Shown: in pieces, positions 24,847 through 36,799 of the stretch | Numbering within the stretch: position 1 is the stretch's first letter | Layout of the letters: each line of letters starts with the position of its first letter | Assembly: GCA_004431415.1 (NCBI GenBank) | Contig: QPMI01000537.1 | Coordinates: 34,622 to 98,621 of the forward strand | Direction of reading: 5' to 3' | DNA from: Cyanophora paradoxa CCMP329 | Lineage: Eukaryota > Plantae > Glaucophyta | Length of the DNA: 64,000 nt | Position numbers and translations under genes: made by a program | Notes under the pieces: model-generated | The model's database searches: none | Seen by the model: only the letters and a program-made list of their open reading frames with translations | What the model was told of the DNA's origin: nothing

Positions 24847-27800
24847 TCACTGCGTGAAGAACGCCGACCCAATGCAGTCGAACCCTGCCGAGGGAGGGAG
24901 GAAGGAAGAGAGGGAAGGGAGTCAGCGGGCCCGGAGACGGGAGGGGCGAGGGGGGGAAGTATTGGGGGGGGGGTACCGGAGACGACGTCGAGGTCCTCGG
25001 CGAGGGCGGGCCGGGCGACGACCGTGTGCCCCACCGCCTCGTTGAGCGCCAGCGCCCCGGGCTTCTGTGGTATGAGAGGGGCTTCAGTGTGAGAGGGGCG
25101 GCTTCATTATAAACGTATGAGAGTAGGAGCAGAAGCCCTAGCCTCTGGCCCTGTGGCCCTCGAGCGGGCGAGGCTTCAGGGCGGGCGGGAAGGGCGGAGG
25201 AGTGTGGATGGAGGAGCGGGGGCGGGGGCGCGCGGCGTCTAGCCTAGGGGGGGTACGGACCGCGTGCTGGGTGGCGCCAGGTACCGGCGACGGGTTCGGA
25301 ACGCTCGGCGTGCCCGCCAGCGTCGCACAGTGCACAGAGAGCTTCAGGATCACGTCCGCCTGCGCTCGGACTCAGGTGAGTCTGAGGCTTCTGAGACTCA
25401 GGTGATCTGAGCGGCCGGGGCGGGGCGCGCCGATCGGACGGCGCCGTCGCGAAGTAAGTGCGAGGGCACCACGGGGCTCTGCATCCGCTCCTCCAGCACG
25501 TACGCCTGCGCCGAAAGGAGGGTGAGAGGGGATGAAGCCGCGCCGGGGTACGGGGCGGGAGGGGGGTACGGAGAGCTCGGAGGGGTTGCGGGCGACGGTC
25601 GCGAGGCGCTCGAGGAGCCGCGGGCCCGTCAGCCGCTCCGTCGCTGCCGCGCCGCGCCGCGCCGTCAGAAGAAGAAGAAGGGGCGAGGGGTACAGTTTAG
25701 CGCACCGGGGCCGGCCACGGGTACCAGCATGAACTTGTCTGCAGCGCCGGCGCCGGCGCCGGCCCGGCCGGTTAGATAGCTATAGGCAGGAGCGGAAGGG
25801 GCTGGGCGCCGGGCCGGGCCGGGCCGCACGGGGGTTCTTGCGGGCCCTCCCGAGAACGTTCGCCAGCGCCTCGCGCTCCGCCGCCCCCGCGTTCGGCTGT
25901 CGTGCGACAGGAAATTAAGACAAGGGGAAGGGGGGGGAGGGGCTTCAAGGGGGGTACGTACCGGGAGGGAGAGGCCGTAACGACCCATGAGGACGGCGCG
26001 GATTCGCTGCGCCTGCGCCGCGTCCTCCGTGAACCTGCAAACAAAAGCTCAGAAAAAAGGGGGGAAAGAGGGGCGGGGGGGTAGGGGCGGAAAGAACCGC
26101 TCGAGGAGCTGCGGGGTATTGAAGAGGACCCCGAGGACCCTCCGTGACATCACGAGCTGGTGCCCCAGCGGCGGGCACTGCGGCGCGCGCGCGAGACAGC
26201 TAAGAGAGACGAAGGCAGGGTGGGGGGGGGAAGGGGGGGGAAGCGGGGGGGGGGGGGTACGGTACCTTGATGGCCGAAGAGCGCTCGATAAGGGTCCGCG
26301 TGTCCCAGTCGCGCTTACTCGCGTAGTCCTTTTTCGTTCGCGGGGGGCGGGTCAGAAGGGGGGGGCAGGGGGGAGGTGGAGGGGGGGGAGGGGGGGTCGC
26401 ACCCTTGGGTTGTACCCCGCCCGCATGAGCACGACGCCCACCGTCTGGCCCTCGCTGCCGCACGGATTCATCAGAGGGGTACAGAGCGGAAAAGGAGGGA
26501 GGGGTACGGGACGAACACGCGGAGGGCGCGGGTGGCGGGGTCGATGGAGGCGTGTATGTCCTGCATTGCGCGCCGCAGCACCCGGATGCGGTACTGCGGG
26601 GGGGTACGCCGTTCGTTCGGAAGGAGGGGAGGGCGAGGAAGGGGGAGCACAGTATTCACCTGCTCCCAGAGGAGGTGCTCGATCCAGCGCTCCTCGCTCG
26701 CGTCCCACTCCTCGGGCAGCGACGATCCGGGCCCGCCCGCGCCCGCCGCGGGCGGCGGGGACGGCTGCTGCGACGGCTCCGCGGGACCGTCCCGGGGCGT
26801 GTCCCCGGCAGGCGCGCTCCGGATGGCGGGGCGGTCCGCGGGCCCGCCGCGGCCTGGCCCTGCCCCTGCCCGGCGCGCGGGGAGGCACCGATGGTGGCGC
26901 CCTTGTCCGCGGGGGCGGGCGGCCGCCGCGCCGTCGGGGCCGGCGGGCTCGACGAGTTGGGTACCACCTGCCGCCCCGTCTTACAACGAAAGGAAAGGAA
27001 GGAAAGGAAAGAGAAAGGGGAAAACGGACCATGAGGACGACGCTCTGGGGCTCCCAGCGCGCCGCCGACTTGCCGCCCCCGGCCTTGCCCTTCGACAGCT
27101 GCGGCGAAAGCTAAGAAAGGCAGAAGAAGAAGAAGAAGAGAAGGAGGAGGGGCGGGCCTTCTGCTGGTAGGGGGAGGACCCGGCGCCGCGCTCGCGCTCG
27201 GCGGGCCCCTCCTGCTTCGCGAAGCTCGGCTCGTGCGACTTCAGCAGCCCTGCGCGCGAGGGGCGCGGGGTCGGGTTGGGCAGACGGCGCAGGGGGCGAA
27301 GGCGGGGCGGGGCCGACGCCGGGGCGGGGATGATTAGAGGAACGGTCTCTAGTAGGAGCGGTCCCTCAAAGGAGGAACGAGGAACCGTCTCTCAGAGGAA
27401 CGGGCGGGGGCGGGGGCGGGGCGGGGCGGAGGACGCGGGAGGCCGGCGCCAAGGCTAGAGACTCTTCCCAACAACAAGCGGGCGACGCCAAGGCTAGGGA
27501 TTCGCAGAGGAGCGGGCGGGGGCGGGGGCGGGGCGGGGGCGGCAGCCGCGGACCGGCGTCGTCCTCGAAGGCGTGGAGGGCGCGGGCGACGGCGGCGGGG
27601 AGGTTCACGAGGACGTCGTTCCCCGGCAGCACCACGTTGCTGAACATCTGCGGGGGAGGGGGGCGAGGCGAGGCTCGTTGAGACCAGGTGGGCGGGCGGC
27701 GCGGAGGAGCGGCGGAGCGGCGGAGCCGGGCAAGCTTGAGTTGGGTTAGGATTAGGCCGGCGGACCCTCCGGGGGCGAGGCGCGAGGTGGGTTCGTTAGG

Positions 27801-30800
27801 GGATGGGCGAGCGGAGGAGCAGCCGAGCGGGGTGGGCTTGTTGGGTCCTCCCCTCCACTTCTCCCCCCCCCCCCCCCCCCCCTCCCCCTCCCCTCCCGCG
27901 GCTCGCCTGGGGGTAGGCGCGGAGGGCGAGGTAGGCGTGGAGGCGGGCGACGAGGCCGCCGAGCACCCCCGAGGTCGACGTCGCCTCCCACGGGCTCTGC
28001 GAACGAAGTTGGAGGGGGCGGGGGCGAATCGGATGAAGGCCAGAAGCCAGCATGATAGATGGATAGATAGCTTAAGATACAGATAGAAAGATAGCTTTAG
28101 ATATGGGGCGGATAGATAGATAGATAGATAGAGAAGAAAGATATGTTGAGATAGATAAAGCAGTTAGATATCTTAAGATACAGAGAAATAGCTGAGGGCA
28201 CCTGCTGGACGAGCTTGAGCTCGGGGGCGCCGCCCCCCGCCTCGAGCATGAAGTCGTGGCGGAGGACGGCGAGCGCCAGCGGCTGCGGCGACTCCCGCTC
28301 GTACGCCACCCGGTACACCTGCGTCCGGGGGCCGAGCGGGCTCAGGTGAGGATGAGCGCGGCGCTGGTGTGGCGGAGGGCGGGGCTTGGGGGAACTAGGC
28401 TGAGAGAGGCTGAGGGCCGCTAGAGATCACTCTAGGGATCACTCAAGGTCTTAAAAGTTCCTTAAGGTCTTAAGGGAGGGCGGGGCGGGGCCGGGGGGCG
28501 GGGCGCCTTGAGGAGCTGGGCGAGGAACTCGTCGCTGCGGGCCTCCCTGCGCGGTGGAGGGTCAGCGGGTGGGCTGGAATCTGGCGCGCCCCCCCCCCCC
28601 CCCCCCCCCGCCCAGACTCTAGGACCCGTCCTCGACTCTAGAATCCTGCCCTCCCCGACTCTAGGGGGGCGGGCCCGGGGGCGCACGGCTCGATGGCGCT
28701 GAGGACGAAGCCGAAGTCGGAGGCGGCGCGGTGCACCGCCGCGCTCAGGTCCGCCCCCGCCTCCATCGCCTGCGGGGGGAGAGGGGGGGCCCGGTTCAGA
28801 GAAGAAAGGTGGAGGAAAGGGAGGAAAGGTTGGAGAGGAGGCGGAGGGGAGGCGGAGGGGGCGGGGCTGGGCCTGGGCGAAGGAGGGGCGGGGGCTAATC
28901 TATCTAATCTAATCTAATCTCTAATCTAATCTCTAATCTAATCTCTAATTGGGGCGGGGGCGGGGCGGGGGAAGGCAAGCCGAGCCAAGCCAAGCTAATC
29001 TAATCTAATCTCTAATCTAATCTAATCTCTAATCTAATCTAATCTCTAATCTAATCTAATCTCTAATCTAATCTAATCTCTAATCTAATCTCTGATTGGG
29101 GCGGGGGCGGGGGGGCGGGGCGGGGGGGCGGACCTGGGCGAAGGAGGGGCGGGGGAAGGGCGAGGGGTGCAGCACCAGCGGCACGTGCCGCGGCGAGCTG
29201 CGCGCGCGGGGGTTGGCCGTCGGTCAGCGCACGAACGAACGAACGAACGCGAAGAAGCTCTGGCGGGCGGGGTCCTAATCTAATCTCCTATATCAAGCCA
29301 AGCTAATCTAATCTAATCCGATCTAATCTCGCCTGGAGAATGTGAGGAGGCCGTGGTGGAGGGCCCAGGAGCGGGCGACGTCGGCCAGGATGCCCAGCTG
29401 CGCCCCCCGCAGCGTCGAGCCCTGCGGCGGAGGGGGAGGAGAGGGAGGAGGTCAGAGGAGGAGGGGGGAGGGAGGGCGGTGAAGGGGGGGGGGGGGGGGG
29501 GGGAGGGGGGGGGAGGTCTTCTATCCATCTATCTAGAAGTTCTATCGAAAGTTGTCTATCTATCCGTGGTGGATCTTTCTTGAGGATCCTTCCTTTTAGA
29601 ATCTTAGGTCTCGTTGACGGCGACCTAGGTCTTAGTCTAGGTCCCAGGGTTTTCCCTTGTTCCAAGCTTCCTTCCCTGCTTTCTTTCATTCTCCCTTCCA
29701 AGCGCACCATGTTGACGGCCACCTCGAAGAGGGGCTGGATGGCGGGCAGGGCGCCCTTCTTGCCGCCCGAGGGGGCAGGGAGGGCCCCCAGGCGCGCCAG
29801 CGTCCGCTCCCCGGCCGGGCTCCCGTTCATCTGAAGGAAACGACGCGTGAGAAAACGGTTCTAAAGAGGTTCTGTAAAGATTTCTTTCTTCTGGGGGGTA
29901 CGAGTGCGTGCCTGGACGGCGTCGAGGTTGTTGAGGGCGCAGAAGGAGGCGACGATCTTCTCCTCGTACCGCCCCGCCTCCGCGATCATCTGAGCGGGGG
30001 GGGGGGGGGACACGTCAAGGGGGGGGGGGGGGGGTGAAGGAGGGAGGAGGGGCGATTAGAACTACTAAGGGCGATTGGAGGGCGGAGATCCGTTTTATTC
30101 GAGTGAGAGATTTATCATAGGCGATCAGATCTACTACAGATCTTTTAGAACGTTTCTCTTATATCTCCTAGGGGCGCTGTGAACGTTGGGCCACCTGCTC
30201 GCGGTCGCGGCGGAGCTCCTCGTGGCGCTGGGCGGCGGCGTGGCGCTCGGCCGCCAGCAGGCCCTCCAGCGCCGTGATCTTCTCTGCGCCCGCCTCAGCT
30301 TCAGACTCGGAACTGGGCCGGCCTCGCCCTCGCCCCCGCCCGGCCGCGGTCACGGCCGCAGAACTAGGCCTAAGAACGCTAAGAGCGTCGCCCCTCAGCC
30401 TGGCCTCAGAACTAGGCCGGACGGATCGGAGGAACAGCGTCGGGGCGGCGGGGCGGGGCGGACCACGCTCCCGCTTGATGGCGGCCTCGGACTCGGCGCG
30501 GAGGCCGGCGATGAGGCGCCCCATCTCCCGCCGCATCGCCAGCTCCGCCGCCGCGTGGTTCGACTGCGCCGCGGCGCGCGTAAGTTCTCTGACAAAAGCT
30601 TGAAGCGGGCAGGATCGCGGGCGGGGCGGGGCGGGGCGGGGCGGGGCGGGGCGGGGCGGGGCGGACCGCGAGGGAGGCCTTCTCGATGCGGGCGCTGTCG
30701 GCCTCCGCCTGCAGCCGGGCCACCTCCTCCCTGGAGGAGAGGAGGAATTAGACGAAAAGCAAGGAAGGAAGGGCGAGTGGGGGGCCGCTGCCCCGGCCCG

Positions 30801-33800
30801 CGGCACGCACCTGAGGCCCGCCGCCGAGGTCTCGTTCGTCTCCGCCGCCTCCCGCATCGCGGCGAGCTGCGCCCCCTTCTCCTCCAGCTCCGCCGCCGCC
30901 GCCGCCAGCTTCTCCGTCTGAGCTTGGCTCAGCGCGAAGCTTAGGGGAACGGTCAGCTCGGCTGGGGCGAACGGTCTCCTTGAGGGCGGCGGCCGCCGCC
31001 GCGATCTTGGCGTCGCGCTCCGCCACCGCCGCGCCGAGGCGCGCCGCCTGTGCCTGCGGGCCGGAATCGTTAGAGAAAGGAAGGAAGGAAGGCGGGGGAC
31101 CTAGCGGCGGTTCTCTTACCCGATCTACTAACTAACTAACTAATCTCTGCTCTACTAACGTAAAACTAATCTCTCGCACCTGGAGTCCGCTCTCCTTTTC
31201 GGAGGAGCGCGCCTCGAGCTCGCCGATGCGCCCCGCGAGGCGCTCCCGCTCCGCCTCCGCCTCGGCGAGCTTCCGCGCCGTCTCCTTCTCCTGCGCTCGC
31301 CAAGCCGCTGAGCGGAAGGGAGGGAGGTAGCGGGGCGAAAGAAAGAGCGGGGCAGAGAACTAAAGGGAAAGCGGCCTAGAGAGAGTGCTCGAGCTCAGAT
31401 TTGATCTGAGAGTGCTCGAGCTCAGATTTGATGATCTGATTTGATCTGATACGCCTTTAGAGGGGAGAAAGCGGCCTAGAGGGAGCCCCAGAGCTCAGCC
31501 CAGATCGGATCGGGTCTGACCTTCTCGTCGAGGGCGCGGAGGCGCCGGGCGAGCTCCGCCGCGTCCCCGCCCGCCTTGCCCGCCCGCTCCTCCGCCGCCG
31601 CCTGCGCGTGCGTGCGCCGCGCCCGTTCGGTCGAGAACGAGGCGGGTAGGGTACGGGTCCCAGGTCTAAGTGGCTCCTCTCCTAAGCGCCGTGCCTCTGT
31701 GCGCCTTTCCCACGCCGTTCTTATTCTTGTTGCTTCCCCCGTCCCCGGCGCACCAGGGCGGCCTGCGCCTCCTTCGCGTCGGCCTCCCACTTGCGCGCCG
31801 CCTCCTCCGCCGCCTCCGCGCGCGCCCGCTGCGCCCCGCCCTCGCCCTCGGCCCCCGCCAGCTCCCGCCGCGCCGCCGCCAGCCCCGCCTCGGCCTCGGC
31901 GAGCTTCGCCGAGGTCGCCTTCAGGTCGCCCCGGGACGCCTCGAGCTCCTTCTGAGCCGCCGAGAGCTGACCCGCGAGCTGCGAGGGCAAGTTAGCCAGA
32001 CATACTTCATTATTTTGGACAGCGTTTTGTAGGGGCGCGGCGCACCTCCTCGGCTCGCTTCTGGGATGCGTCGCCGCCCTCCCGCAGGGCGGCCAGGTCC
32101 GCCCGGGCCGCCTCGAGCCCCGCCCCGAGGGCCGCCAGCTCGCCCCGGGCCCCCTCCAGCTCCCCCTCGCGCTCCGACAGGCGGCCCTCCAGCTCGGCGG
32201 CCCGCGCCCGCGCCGCCTCCAGCTCGCTTCGGAGCTGCTGGCCCTCCCCTTGAGCCTCCGCCGAGAGCGAAGCGACGGACTGCGATAGCGACGCGGCAAG
32301 CGCCGCGGCCGCCGCAGCGAAGGCCGCGAGGGCGTCCGCCTCGGCCGCCTCGCTCCGCAGAATGGCCGAAAGCTTGGGCCGCACGCCCTCCGCCACTGTG
32401 GCGTCCCCGCCCTTTGCCAGCGCCTGCCGTGGGGAGGGGGGGTACGGCGTGAGACGGAGGAGGGGAAGAAGCTGAAGGGGGGTACGCGCCACGTTCTCGG
32501 CGAGTTCCTTGCGGACGGCCGCCTGCGCCTCGCGCTCGCGCGCGGCCGCGGCCGCCGCCTCCGCCGCCCGCCCGCGCGCCGCGGCGGCCGCCTCGCCGTC
32601 GCTGGGCCCCTCGGCGAGGGCCGGGAGCGCGGCGCGCGCCTCCGGGGGCCGCGCCGCGAGCCAGTCCTCCAGCGCCCCCAGGTACTCCGCCGCCTGCGAT
32701 GCCCAGGCTCAGACTCAGATCAGATCAGATCGGATCGAATCGACTCAGATCAAATCAGGGCACCTCCCTGCGTGCGGCGGCGAGCTGCGCGTCGAGCTCG
32801 GCGGCGCGCCCCTCGGCGGCGCCCCCGCCCGCCTCCAGCGACGCCACGCGCCCCTTGAGCGCCTCGCACTCGGATCTGAGCGCCTCCCGCTCGCCCAGGA
32901 GCCGGTCCCGCTCGGCCCCGACCTCTTTAAGGAGCTCCCCTTCGGTCCTGAGGCGGTCCCGCTCCGCGCCGGCCTCCGCCGCCGCCGCCTCGAGCCCCGC
33001 CGCGCGCTCCTATGAAGCGAGAAGAGAGGCGATCAAATTCAAATTCGAATTTGATCGGATCAAATTCAGATTTGATCCGGGGGACCTGGAGGGCGGCTTC
33101 GCGGGCCCTGGCGGCCTCCTCCCCCGCGTGCGCGTCGGCGAGGCGCTTCCTCAGGTCCGCGATCTCCTCGTCCCTCTGCGGCAGGCGCGGCGGCTCAGAG
33201 GGCGGGGAGGGGCGGGGCCGGGCCCGAGGATCTAGGCTTGAGCGTAGAAGATATATATCGGGTCTGAAATCGTCTGTCTGCGGGCGCGGCGCGGGCCGGA
33301 GCCGCCCGCCTCCGGGCGAGGCGGGGTGGGTTTGCGGTGTACCCCGCACGCACCTCCTTCAGGCTGTACTCGCTCGCCGCGAACTTCTCCTGGATCTCTG
33401 CGAATGGGGGGTACGCGAACGGATCCGTGAGGGGGGTACGGCGGTTTCGACGTAGACGGAGGGGGGTGCGGCACCCTGGAGCTCCTTGGTCAGGGACGCC
33501 TGCTCCTCCTTCAGCTTCTCCGCCTCCTTGACGGCCGCGTGCATCCCCGCCATCTGCGCCGGGCTCGGACCCGTCCCCCGGCGCGGCTCTTCCCCCCCCC
33601 CCCTGCAACCCGGGGGTACGGGAGTGCGCACGAAGGACTCGTTGGCCTGGATGTCGGCCAGGTCTGCCTCCACGTCGATGTCCCCGTCGTTTTTCAGGTG
33701 GAAGGCCTGTACCCCCCGGATCAAATTCTCGGATCAAATCCGGGATCGAATTCCGAGATCAAATTCGGACCTGGAGGCGGGCGATCTCGGCCTCGATGCT

Positions 33801-34189
33801 TTTAGAGAGCTCCGCTTCCTTTCGCACGCTCCGCTTCTGAAGCTCCTTCTGCAGCTGTGCGGCGGCGGCGGCGGGGGGCGTCGATCAGGGGGGTACGCCG
33901 AGCGGGCGGCACGAGCTGGCTGGCCGGAGAGGGGTACCTGGTTGATGAGCTCCTGGGCGGCCCGGTCCCGCGCCCGCTTCTTCTTGATCTGGTCGTAGCT
34001 GCGGGGGCGGGCGGGTTCGAATCCGTTCCGGTTCGAATCCGTCGGGGAGGGCACCGCTCGCGCGTCTCGACGATGACCCACTCGAGGCCTTCGCGGATGG
34101 CGGGGTCGTCCGCCCCGCCCGCCGGCGTCAGCCCCCGGATCGTGATCTGCCGAAGGAGGGCGGTGCCGTCAGATAGATAGATAGCTAGG

Positions 34190-34236
<47 letters not shown>

Positions 34237-36059
34237 TTAGATAGGTAGGTAGGTAGATAGATAGGTAGATAGGGAGATAGGTAGATAGGTAGAAAGCCCT
34301 CTCTCGCGCACCACGCGGTAGTGGAGGCCCGGGATGTCGGAGAGGTGCAGCTCCCGCTCCAGCTCCTCCGCTGCCCCCGCCCCGAGCCCGAGAACGACCC
34401 TAAGAAGAGGGCGCCGGGCGGGGGGGGGGAGGGGGGGGAGGGGGGGGAGTGGGGGGGGAGGGGGGGGGGGGGGGGGCTCTAGCCCAGCGCGGCTCTAGCT
34501 TGGCGGGGCGGGCGGTCCTAAGGGCCTAGAAGAAGGCGCGGGGCGGGGCCCGCGGCCCTAAGAAGAAGACGCCGGCCGGGGCCGGGGGCGAGGCGCGCCG
34601 CGCCCCCTCTAGCCAGCGCAGCCCAGCGCGGCTCTAGCTTGCTAGCTTGGCCTGGCCTGGTGCTAAGGGCGGGGCGGACCGGTGGGCGGGCTCTAGCCCG
34701 GCGCGGCTCTAGCTTTCTAGCCTGGCCTGGTCCTAAGGGCCGGGCGGACCGGAGGCGGCGCCGGGGAGGTCCTGCTTGGTCCCGAAGACGAGGAAGGGCT
34801 TCGTTCGCATCAGCGCCTCCCCCGCCATCTGAGGCCGAGGCGCTCAGATGAGGCCGAGGCGCTCAGACGCGGCGCTCAGAAGTGGCCGGGCGGGTCGCGT
34901 TTCTAGCGGGGTTTCTAGCGGGGCGGGGCGGGAGGGGGGCGCTGGGGCGGGCCTTGTGCTAGGGGAGCGCTGGGGGCGCTTATATGAGTCTAAAGCCTAG
35001 GCTAGGCTATGGGGCGGGCGCGGGGGCGGGGCGGGCCTTGTGGAGGGTGCGGCGGCACTTGTCGAGGTTCTCCGCGTCCGCCGCGTCCACCACGAAGATG
35101 CAGCAGAAGAGCTGGGGGGGTCAGGGGGGGGGTAGAGGGCCGGCTGGGAGCGAGGGGCGCGGGGGGGGGGGGGCGGCGGCCGCGGCCGGGCCGTCGGGAA
35201 GAAAAGAGCTGGCGCGGGCTAGGATTGGGTGGGGCGAGGGGGAGCGGTGGCCCTCGGCCAGGTCGTCGGGGGGAGGGGGGTACGCGGCGCACGTCGATGA
35301 GATACCTGCGGGCGGGGTAAGCGGGGCGGGGCGGGGCGGGACAGGGCGGGAGAGGCGGCGGGGGCCGCTATGCTCGGCTGGGCGGGGCGGGTCGGCGGCG
35401 GCGGCGGCGGCGGCGCGCCGCTAGGAGGCCGCGCTGCTCTGCTCTGCTCTGCTCTGCTTGGCGGGGCGCGGGGCGCTGCTCACTTGGACCAGACCTCTGG
35501 GTCGATACGGTACGAGTGGCCCAGCTCGAACTTGCCCGTCGTGAAGCTCACCTGCCGCCGCGCCGGGCCGGGCCACAGTCAGCGACGTTTTAGGTGGCGC
35601 CTAAGCGGCGGCGTCCTTCGTCTATCCGCTGCGCTCGCGCCCGCGCGGCGCTGAGCTCTCCCTCCGGCGCCCCAGCGGCCTGCCCCGCCGACTCCGGCCG
35701 TCCTCTAGCCGCGAGCGGGGCGCGCGCTGACCTTCTCGCCCCCGCACTCGACGAGCTCCGGGCGCGCTGCGGCGTGACGCGACGCGCCTCAGCGCGCCGG
35801 GCACGCGGGTGGGCGGGCGCTGCGATGGGGCGGCGGCGGCGGCGCGCCTTTGAGGATCTCGCCAACGGCTCGCCGCAGCGGGTCCATCAGCGTCTTCTTA
35901 CCCGCGCCGATGTGCCCCGTGAGGCCGATCTGCGCGCGGAGGTTCGCCGCGGCCGATGCGGGTCCGAGCTACCGCGAACGTGCAAGCTTCAGGGCGCACC
36001 GGCATCATGGCGCCGCTTGGGCCCTTGGGCTTCGACGACGGTGCAGCGGGAGCCGCCAT
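24847..36059 (-). CDS. Predicted fusion: ARL13-like Arf GTPase + long coiled coil + glutathione-synthetase-like (ATP-grasp) domain
   Basis: GTPase exons: IGLTGHIGAGKKT (G1), FELGHS (degenerate G3), CIFVVDAADAENLDKC, KPFLVFGTKQDLPGA (G4), DPAIREGLEWVI followed by coiled coil. GSS-like exons: DVARSWALHHGL, HVPLVLHPSPFPRPSF, LAVLRHDFML, MRAGYNP-KDY...WDTRTLIERSSAIKCP...HQLV, AYVLEERM, GFDCIGSAFF-stop at 24847. Confidence 0.65.
28896..29095. repeat. (CTAAT/CTAATCT)n microsatellite in intron
   Basis: Direct reading of tandem CTAAT units. Confidence 0.9.
34171..34292. repeat. (TAGA/TAGG)n microsatellite in intron
   Basis: Direct reading. Confidence 0.9.
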
Positions 36060-36799
36060 CGTTCGAGCGCGGTCCGGAGGGCTGCCTGCGTGTCGATCTT
36101 CGCCTAGTCTACGTCAGAGACGATTGCGCTACTCGTGCTGAGCCGGCTGGGCGCTACGAGGCGCGCGCCGAAACCCAGACCAGGCTCGGGCGCAAGCTCG
36201 GACGACGCACGCCTGCCACTCTCCGAGTCGTCCGCAACACGCCTCGCTGGCCTACCTCGCCGGGCGCGCTGAGCCCGATTCGGCCGTGACGAAGCACAGC
36301 GTACCCCCGTACACAAGCCAAACTTCGGTCCCAGCCGAGCGCGGCCATTACAGAAGCGCCGATAGGTGCGTGCGAGAGTTCTATGCGCTTCTTGCGCACA
36401 AGCCGCTCACTGCCGGTTGTTGCAGCCGCAATTCTCTCCGCAGCCCGACGCCGCAACGGTCGCCGCAACGATCGCTGACTGCTTCTAAGGCTTGTCTTGT
36501 ATTCCTCCATTGCGAGCGATCCGCCGCCGCCGCCGCGAACGAGCTCTTGCAATTGTTTCGCGAGGCGCGCGCCGGCGCGCGGAAAATGCGTCATCATCGC
36601 CGACGGCGAGGTAAAGCAGCTCAAGCCGAAGGAGGCGCCCAATCAGCACACGTAGCGTCGTTGCGCGGCTTGTGGTCGTACGGCATACCGAGCTCGCTGG
36701 TACGTGAAGTTAAAGCCGCGCGCCTGCAGCTGCGGCGCTAGTCGTGCAGCTCGCGCAGCTTTAGCAAGCCCGTCCGCGACTGATCGCACCTTGCGCATG

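Noticed and set aside
28896-29095. Interstitial telomeric repeats
   Set aside because: Units (TTAGA/TTAGAGA) lack G-runs and lie within an intron, like other local microsatellites
36154-36642. Minus-strand ORF 'MGASFGLSC' as the myristoylated N-terminus of the Arf-like gene
   Set aside because: It starts at TTG rather than ATG; a better ATG at 36059 splices directly to the P-loop exon
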